Virus record (IMG/VR): IMGVR_UViG_3300031240_000004
DNA length: 20,000 bases
Direction: 5' to 3' (one strand)
DNA from: an uncultured virus (IMG/VR IMGVR_UViG_3300031240_000004)
Lineage: Duplodnaviria; Heunggongvirae; Uroviricota; Caudoviricetes
Below, one piece after another: positions 14,489 to 20,000 of the stretch (its first letter is position 1; every line of letters starts with the position of its first letter). A program made the translations under genes and the position numbers. The notes beneath the pieces are model-generated. The model had not been told where the DNA came from. It was given only the letters and a program-made list of their open reading frames with translations, and searched no databases.

Positions 14489-15755
14489 GACCAAGAAGAA
14501 GATCGAAAAGCTGACGAAGAAGCAGCAGGCGCAGCTCGCGCCGTTTCACGCCGAATGGCTCGCGTGGGGCACATCAACCGCCAGGGCGGACCGGGCGAAG
14601 GCCGAGGCGGCGATTCTGGCGATGCGCGCTGAAATCGGGAGCAAGACCAAGCCGATCTTCATTTGGTGCGACTCGCCAGCGACGTCACTGCTGGCGATGC
14701 ATGTGATCAAGTCGCCGCAGTGGGCGAAGGCGATCGGCGGGCTCGAGTCGTCGCTCAGGTCGTCGCTCAGGTCGTCGCTCTGGTCGTCGCTCAGGTCGTC
14801 GCTCTGGTCGTCGCTCGGGTCGTCGCTCGAGTCGTCGCTCAGGTCGTCGCTCTGGTCGTCGCTCTGGTCGTCGCTCGAGTCGTCGCTCGGGTCGTCGCTC
14901 AGGTCGTCGCTCGGGTCGTCGCTCAGGTCGTCGCTCGGGTCGTCGCTCTGGTCGTCGCTCGGGTCGTCGCTCTGGTCGTCGCTCGAGTCGTCGCTCAGGT
15001 CGTCGCTCTGGTCGTCGCTCGGGTCGTCGCTCAGGTCGTCGCTCTGGTCGTCGCTCGGGCCGTCGCTCTGGTCGTCGCTCGAGTCGTCGCTCGGGTCGTC
15101 GCTCAGGTCGATCCTGAACGAGATCGGATACCACTGGTGGGGTCAGCACGAATCCTACTGGATCGCGTTCTACCTCTTCTGCCGCGACGTGGTCGGCGTC
15201 AGCTATGACCCGCAGAAGTCTCGGCACTTGGACCTCTGGCGCGACGTCGCTCAGTCCTGCTGCTGGTTGTGGTGCTTCGAGAACTATGTGATTTGCTCGG
15301 AGCGGCCAACGGTTGTCTCAATGGACGAGCGCAACGTTCTCCATTCCGAGACGGGGCCGGCTCTGGCGTTTGCTGATGGTTGGAAGGTTTACGCGTGGCG
15401 CGGGACCGTCGTTCCTGGTGAATGGATTGAGAGCAAGGCGACGCTTGACCCGTCCATTGCGCTGACCGATCCATCGGTCGAACGCCGTCGAGCCGCAGCG
15501 TCGATCATCGGCTGGGACAAGGTTCTTGGGAGCATTTCTAGCCGCGTGATCGACGAGGATGCTGATCCGCAGATCGGCACGTTACTCGAGGTCGACTTGC
15601 CCGACGCGGCTGGATCGAAATTCCTGAAGGTGCGTTGCGGGACGGGGCGAACGTTCGTGTTGCCTTGCCCTCGCGAGATGAAGACAGCGCTGGAGGCCAA
15701 CGCGTGGACATTTGCCCTCGCTCCGGATGAGTTGCACTTGGAGGTAAGGACGTAA
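14478..15755 (+). CDS. DUF6745-like protein with tetrapeptide repeat tract
   Basis: N-term IEKLT..Q......W...G.ST..ADR..AE.AI; WxDSP; repeat tract; WGQHESYWIAFY; WC.E..VI.SERP; LH.E.GPA..F.DGW..YAW.G; C-term VRC.TGR.F.L..P. Confidence 0.85.
   Translation: MAPETKKKIEKLTKKQQAQLAPFHAEWLAWGTSTARADRAKAEAAILAMRAEIGSKTKPIFIWCDSPATSLLAMHVIKSPQWAKAIGGLESSLRSSLRSSLWSSLRSSLWSSLGSSLESSLRSSLWSSLWSSLESSLGSSLRSSLGSSLRSSLGSSLWSSLGSSLWSSLESSLRSSLWSSLGSSLRSSLWSSLGPSLWSSLESSLGSSLRSILNEIGYHWWGQHESYWIAFYLFCRDVVGVSYDPQKSRHLDLWRDVAQSCCWLWCFENYVICSERPTVVSMDERNVLHSETGPALAFADGWKVYAWRGTVVPGEWIESKATLDPSIALTDPSVERRRAAASIIGWDKVLGSISSRVIDEDADPQIGTLLEVDLPDAAGSKFLKVRCGTGRTFVLPCPREMKTALEANAWTFALAPDELHLEVRT
14748..15107 (+). 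repeat. Thirty tandem 12-bp units TCGTCGCTC[AGG/TGG/GGG/GAG] encoding SSL[R/W/G/E]
   Basis: Counted directly: 9 R, 9 W, 8 G, 4 E; single deviation CCG (Pro) in unit 27. Confidence 0.97.
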
Positions 15756-16219
15756 TGGCCGCCGCCGGGACATCAATTGCTGGCACGCCGCAATACGTTC
15801 AGGAACGCGTGCGCTTGGTTGAATCAGGATGCGCCGAGTGGACCAGCACGCTCAAGGATGGTTATGGCATGGCTGTAATCGGATATAAGGCGCACGGCCG
15901 CCCCGTCAGGCGCCCTGCACACGTTGTCGTCTATGAATGGTGGATCGGCAAGGTGCCGAGCGGCCTGGACCTGGATCATCTTTGCAGGAATCGCCGCTGC
16001 ATCAATCCGCTTCATCTTGAGCCAGTGACGCGGAGAGAGAACGTTAGGCGGGGCGACCTGCCGCGGCTGATGGCTGACCCCTCATTTAGGCCACATCGCG
16101 AACCGATAGCGGTTTGCAAAAACGGGCACTCAATGGCCGGCGAGAACGTAGGACGTAACGAGAAGCGGCGATGGTGCCGCCCGTGCAAGACCGAATCAGC
16201 GAGAAGGAGACGAGCATGA
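15755..16219 (+). CDS. HNH homing-type endonuclease
   Basis: GC..W......GYG......AH.V.YE..IG.VP.GL.LDHLCRNRRCINP.HLEPVT..EN..RG; C-terminal CKNGH....R.CRPC; RBS GGAGG, TAATG and ATGA overlaps. Confidence 0.92.
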   Translation: MAAAGTSIAGTPQYVQERVRLVESGCAEWTSTLKDGYGMAVIGYKAHGRPVRRPAHVVVYEWWIGKVPSGLDLDHLCRNRRCINPLHLEPVTRRENVRRGDLPRLMADPSFRPHREPIAVCKNGHSMAGENVGRNEKRRWCRPCKTESARRRRA

Positions 16220-16572
16220 AGGCAATTGAGAAGATGGGCGCCCAAGGGGATGTGTTGTTCCGCAGGGTGGCATCGGTGCCAAAGGGCGCGGTGCGCGTGA
16301 AACGCAAAGGCCCGTTGGTCATCGCGTTCAGCGAAACACACCATCACCATACGGTCGACGATGCGAAGGTCACGCAGTTCGACGTCCCGGGCGACCCGCT
16401 CGTCTGCTATCTGCAGCTGGGAGACTCGGGCATCGGCGGCGCTGACGTTGTCCATCAGCGCGCATGGGACACGCACGAGACGCTGCGCCTGCTCGGCGGT
16501 GCCGGCGACGTGTGGGAAGTGCGCAGGCAGCGCGAGTGGACGCCTGAGGGTTGGCGGCGCGTCCAGGACTAG
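16216..16572 (+). CDS. Conserved 'QGDV...H.H...H....H...RRQRE' protein (usual DUF6745 neighbour), probable metal binder
   Basis: RBS AAGGAG; AQGDVLF, SETHHHH, VVHQR..DTHE, WEVRRQREWTP. Confidence 0.82.
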   Translation: MKAIEKMGAQGDVLFRRVASVPKGAVRVKRKGPLVIAFSETHHHHTVDDAKVTQFDVPGDPLVCYLQLGDSGIGGADVVHQRAWDTHETLRLLGGAGDVWEVRRQREWTPEGWRRVQD

Positions 16573-16574
16573 TC

Positions 16575-16811
16575 ATGGCTGAGACGCAAGATGACTTGGA
16601 GCTGCTCCGCGACGCCGCGCGCGAGGTCAGCGAGCGAGAGACGCCGCGGTCGAAGGTGCGGTTTGGCGCGAAGCCGAGCGGACTGCACGACGACCGGTTC
16701 GTGAGCAACAAGCCGGCGCCAGCGCCTCGCGGGCCCGAGACCGAGAAGCTGCTTGACTGGGCGAAGGAGAGGCGCAGGGCGCGGGCCAAGGAAGAGAGGT
16801 CGCGGCGATGA
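16575..16811 (+). CDS. Hypothetical charged protein
   Basis: ATG 2 nt after previous stop with AGGA upstream; ATGA overlap downstream. Confidence 0.7.
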   Translation: MAETQDDLELLRDAAREVSERETPRSKVRFGAKPSGLHDDRFVSNKPAPAPRGPETEKLLDWAKERRRARAKEERSRR

Positions 16812-17167
16812 AACTCGTATACATCGCTGGGAAGTTCAGAGGTCCGACCGCCTGGGATATTGAGCAGAACATCCGCCGCGCCGAGTGGGTTGGGATGGAG
16901 GTTGCGCGCCTTGGCGCCGCCCCACTAATCCCGCACGCGAATACGCGGTTCTTCCACGGCACGTTGACCGACGAGTTCTGGTTGGCAGCGACGCTCGAGA
17001 TGCTCGATCGGTGCGACGCCGTACAATTGGTGCAGGGCTGGCCGGAGTCGAAAGGAACGCTCGCCGAGATCGAGAGAGCAAGGGCGCGTGGCATTCCGGT
17101 GTTCGCCGTCGGCGGCGACCTGGAGGCGTGGCTTAAGTCGGCGGAAGTGGAAGGGGCGCGGCGATGA
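16808..17167 (+). CDS. DUF4406/DUF1937-like protein (nucleoside 2-deoxyribosyltransferase-like fold)
   Basis: VYIAG..R, N...A, P..PH.N, W......L..CDAV....GW..S.G...E...A...GIPV. Confidence 0.85.
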   Translation: MKLVYIAGKFRGPTAWDIEQNIRRAEWVGMEVARLGAAPLIPHANTRFFHGTLTDEFWLAATLEMLDRCDAVQLVQGWPESKGTLAEIERARARGIPVFAVGGDLEAWLKSAEVEGARR

Positions 17168-17964
17168 AGTCCGCTCATCCGTTCCTGAAGTGGCCGGGCG
17201 GTAAGCGGCAACTCCTATCCGAGCTACTCAAGCGCGTCCCGGCGAAGTTTGGCGCCTACCACGAGCCGTTCGTTGGCGGCGGGGCGATGTTCTTCGCGCT
17301 CGCGCCACCCGTGGCCCATCTCGGCGACATGAACCCGCGGCTCGTCAAAACCTACTCCTCGGTGAAGTTGAGCGTCGAACCATTGATCGGGAGACTCCAA
17401 GAACTCGCGCTCGACCACGACGAGGCAAAGTTCTACGCGCGCCGGGCGGCCGAACCAGATGGGACGCTCGATCTCGCCGCATGGATGATCTACCTCAACA
17501 AAACCTGCTTCAACGGTCTCTGGCGCGTGAACAAGTCGAACCGGTTCAATGCTCCGTTCGGGCGCTACGACAACCCGACGATATGCGACGCGGAGAACCT
17601 ACGCGCATGCTCATCTGCGCTCGCTGGCATCCACATCAATTGCGAGCCGTTCGAGACCGTCGCAATGCGCGCCGTGTGCGGCGATCTCGTCTACTTCGAC
17701 CCACCGTACGTGCCGGCGTCTGCGACGGCATCGTTCACGGCGTACACGAAGGACGGCTTCGGTCCAAAGGACCAGGAGAGACTTCGAAATCTCGCGCTCA
17801 CACTGAAGATGCGCGGCGTTCATGTGCTCCTGTCCAACTCGGGCACGCCGGCAGTCGCCGAGCTTTACGCGCGCGACTTCGATGTGCGGACGGTCGCGGC
17901 TCGGCGGGCCATCAACTCGAAGGGGACGGCCCGCGGTCCGGTCGCGGAGTACGTGATCACATGA
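17164..17964 (+). CDS. dam: Dam-family (D12 class) N6-adenine DNA methyltransferase
   Basis: PFLKWPGGK, EPFVGGGA (motif I), YLNKTCFNGL.R.N...FN.PFG.Y, VYFDPPY (motif IV), LSNS. Confidence 0.95.
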   Translation: MKSAHPFLKWPGGKRQLLSELLKRVPAKFGAYHEPFVGGGAMFFALAPPVAHLGDMNPRLVKTYSSVKLSVEPLIGRLQELALDHDEAKFYARRAAEPDGTLDLAAWMIYLNKTCFNGLWRVNKSNRFNAPFGRYDNPTICDAENLRACSSALAGIHINCEPFETVAMRAVCGDLVYFDPPYVPASATASFTAYTKDGFGPKDQERLRNLALTLKMRGVHVLLSNSGTPAVAELYARDFDVRTVAARRAINSKGTARGPVAEYVIT

Positions 17965-18008
17965 CCACGACCACCAGCGGCGCCTCGGGCGCGCGGAGGG
18001 CGGGCTAG

Positions 18009-18896
18009 GTGGCGCGGATCCGTCAGATCAAGCCCGAGTTCTTCAAAAGCGAGGACGTCGCCGGCCTGGATTGGCAGGCGCGCATGCTCTTCATCGGACT
18101 CTGGACGATCGCCGCCGCCGATGGGCGCCTCCACGACCGGCCCCGCCGGATCGCCGCTGAACTCTTCCCTTACGACCGCATGGACGACCAGATCGATATG
18201 CTGCTCGGGATGCTCGCCGCGCGCGAGCTCATCGTGCGTTACGTGGCGGACGGGAAGCCGTGCATCCAGATCGTCAACTTCACGAAGCACCAAAAGACTC
18301 ACCCGAAGGAGCCACTTTCCGGCCTGCCTTCGCCGCCATCGGACGGAAATGCTCACACTGTAGGACAAAGCCATGTTTTGCCGCGTCTTGAAGCTGCTGA
18401 GCCGGAACAATACGAGGCAGAACGGGTTTCGAAAGCGCCAAGCCGCTCTGGATCTCTGGGTTCTGGATCTCTGGAGAATGGATTGCTGGGTTCTGGAAAG
18501 AGCGCCCCCCGCGGGCCCGCACGCGATCTGTGGCCAGCGTGGGCGTGGTTAGAACGGTTCAAGGTGCTCTGGCCTGAGGCGCACCGGAAGGTTGCCTACG
18601 GCTGCGGGGATGATGACGCTAAGGCAACCGGCGAACTCGAGGACAAGCTCAACAGTCTTCCCGGCGAGGCTCGCTTAGATGCCCAAAATAGCGCTGACAA
18701 GCTGATCGTCGACTACTTCTCGATCGGCGCTTGCCGTCCTGCAGGGCACCCGTGGAAATGGTTCGTTCAGCGGTTCAACGAACTGCGCGTGCCCCAGGAT
18801 GCCCGCGGCTCTCCCCGGCCCCGCGATCCGCGTGTCGGCTCGATCGCCGCCCCCGGCCCTGAGTTCCGCTACCCGAAAGGAGACCAGCAACTATGA
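18009..18896 (+). CDS. Phage replication initiator/replisome organiser (N-terminal winged helix)
   Basis: MARIR.IKPEFF.SE.V......AR.LFIGLW..A...GR......I...LFPYD....I.NF.KHQ; low-complexity linker; directly upstream of DnaC-like ATPase; RBS GGAGGG. Confidence 0.85.
   Translation: MARIRQIKPEFFKSEDVAGLDWQARMLFIGLWTIAAADGRLHDRPRRIAAELFPYDRMDDQIDMLLGMLAARELIVRYVADGKPCIQIVNFTKHQKTHPKEPLSGLPSPPSDGNAHTVGQSHVLPRLEAAEPEQYEAERVSKAPSRSGSLGSGSLENGLLGSGKSAPRGPARDLWPAWAWLERFKVLWPEAHRKVAYGCGDDDAKATGELEDKLNSLPGEARLDAQNSADKLIVDYFSIGACRPAGHPWKWFVQRFNELRVPQDARGSPRPRDPRVGSIAAPGPEFRYPKGDQQL
18447..18497 (+). repeat. ~3.4 x 15-bp tandem repeat inside the replication gene (iteron-like)
   Basis: TCTGGATCTCTGGGT / TCTGGATCTCTGGAG / AATGGATTGCTGGGT / TCTGGA. 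Confidence 0.7.
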
Positions 18897-19600
18897 CTCT
18901 TGTGTCAGTTCCTAACCCGCCGCCACTGAAGCCCACGGGACGTAATCCAGGCGAGTCATGGGAAGCATACGCCGCGCGCCAGGCCGCATGGTGGGCGACC
19001 CCTGAAGGTCAAGCCGAGGAAGCCGCCGACCGGGAGCGGAAGCAGCACCAGAAGACAGCGGAGGAAACCGCGCGCCGGGTTGCGTGGGCAGACCGGATCG
19101 GGATTCCGGAGCGCTACCGGTTCCTCGGTGAGCCGACAACCGAGCCGATCGATACGCAGGCGATCACCGCCGTCAAGCAGCCCGCGGAGCTCACGGTCCT
19201 GTCGGGCGCCGCGGGCTGCGGGAAGACGGCCGCCGCGTGCTGGTGGCTCATGAACTCGGAGCAAGGCGCGCGCGGCGCCGGCGCGCCTATGTTTCTTACC
19301 GCGGCTCGGCTTTCGCGGATCTCGAAGTTCGACGATGAGGTGATGGGTAGAATATTGCGCTCGGTCCGTCTCGTGATTGACGATTTGGCCGTCGAATACT
19401 CCGACGAGAAGGGCTTCTTTCGTTCATTGCTCGACGAGGTGATCAATGAGCGTTATGGGAACCGGCTCCCGACGCTGATCACCACGAATCTCGCAGCCGA
19501 TCTGTTCAAGGAGCGCTGCGGAGAGCGCATCACCGACCGTGTTCGCGAGGCCGGCCGATTCGTCTCCCTCGACAACCCGAGCATGCGGCGCCGCGCGTGA
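18893..19600 (+). CDS. DnaC/IstB-like AAA+ ATPase (helicase loader)
   Basis: Walker A GAAGCGKT, Walker B LVIDDL, INERY.N.LPTLITTN, ERITDR.RE; RBS AAGGAG, ATGA coupling. Confidence 0.92.
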   Translation: MTLVSVPNPPPLKPTGRNPGESWEAYAARQAAWWATPEGQAEEAADRERKQHQKTAEETARRVAWADRIGIPERYRFLGEPTTEPIDTQAITAVKQPAELTVLSGAAGCGKTAAACWWLMNSEQGARGAGAPMFLTAARLSRISKFDDEVMGRILRSVRLVIDDLAVEYSDEKGFFRSLLDEVINERYGNRLPTLITTNLAADLFKERCGERITDRVREAGRFVSLDNPSMRRRA

Positions 19601-20000
19601 CGCCGAGCGAGCAATACGGCGCCCTCCTGCGCGATCAGCGCTGGCGGAAGAAGCGGCTCGAGATCCTAGCGCGAGACAACAACCGTTGCGCGAAGTGTGG
19701 CAAGGCGCGCGCCGGAATGAACGTGCACCACAAGCAATACGTGCCCGACGCGAAGCCGTGGCAGGTTCCCAACGCGTTCCTCGAGACACTTTGTCCCGCA
19801 TGTCACCGCGGACACCACCAGGAAGAAAAGCAGCAGCTCAGAGATCGTGAACGCGCCGAGTTCGACCGCGAAACGTTAGATTCGTTGTTCCCGCCCAACC
19901 CCATCGTCGAACCCCCCGCCGCGCCGCGATCCGCTGAGGTCACGAGCGCGGCGGGGGCGCAGACCCCGGTCGGGATTTACTACATCACGGCCGGAATCTC
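19597..20000 (+). CDS. HNH endonuclease-domain protein, 3' truncated by window edge
   Basis: Not in ORF track; GTGA coupling; Y...LRDQRWRKKRLEILARDNNRCAKCG....NVHHKQY....PW......LETLCPACH..HH; frame open to 20000. Confidence 0.88.
   Translation, partial: MTPSEQYGALLRDQRWRKKRLEILARDNNRCAKCGKARAGMNVHHKQYVPDAKPWQVPNAFLETLCPACHRGHHQEEKQQLRDRERAEFDRETLDSLFPPNPIVEPPAAPRSAEVTSAAGAQTPVGIYYITAGI

Larger units (their letters stand above)
1..20000. mobile_element. Temperate phage/prophage early-middle region (boundaries outside window)
   Basis: Dense run of short co-oriented ORFs linked by ATGA/GTGA/TGATG/TAATG overlaps; RecE-like nuclease + ATPase, tyrosine recombinase, HNHs, Dam-type MTase, replication initiator + DnaC-like ATPase; no housekeeping genes. 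Confidence 0.93.

Noticed and set aside
14748..15107. CRISPR array
   Set aside because: 12-bp units are contiguous with no unique spacers, lie in frame inside a protein gene, and no cas genes are present
14748..15107. Diversity-generating retroelement variable region
   Set aside because: No reverse transcriptase, no separate template repeat in the window, and only four codon states recur, which slippage explains more simply
14663..15227. Alternative-frame ORFs (VVARVVAQ... on +, ERRP... on -)
   Set aside because: Open only because the 12-bp repeat lacks stops; the SSLx frame is continuous with recognisable N- and C-terminal domains
16339..16350. His run (HHHH) as engineered tag
   Set aside because: Internal and part of the natural E-T-x-H-x-H motif of the QGDV family
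17164..17964. Complete restriction-modification system
   Set aside because: No cognate restriction endonuclease adjacent; orphan MTases are normal in phages; target sequence cannot be inferred with certainty

Overview
The whole window reads as the early/middle (regulation, recombination, replication) region of a GC-rich temperate dsDNA phage or prophage. No structural, lysis or host housekeeping genes are visible, and the host cannot be determined from the sequence. Three short minus-strand genes at the left end, including a ribbon-helix-helix protein, diverge from a long, tightly coupled plus-strand gene run across a switch-like intergenic region (748-871). That region has two sigma70-type promoters and three related operator-like boxes. 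Recognisable plus-strand products: RecE/ExoVIII-like PD-(D/E)XK nuclease, AAA_24/Sak4-like ATPase, XRE and LuxR-like HTH proteins, ASCH protein, a tyrosine recombinase lacking an N-terminal arm domain, three HNH endonucleases, a DUF6745-like protein with thirty 12-bp repeats plus its usual 'QGDV' partner, a DUF4406/NDT-like protein, a Dam-family methyltransferase, a phage replication initiator and a DnaC/IstB-like ATPase. The most unusual signals are: a dif-like 11-6-11 site just after the recombinase, two stand-alone arm-binding/AP2-like ORFs just before it, a C5 cytosine methyltransferase apparently collapsed in-frame to 38 codons, and the four-state SSL[R/W/G/E] repeat array. Family assignments come from motif recognition by eye, not database searches.
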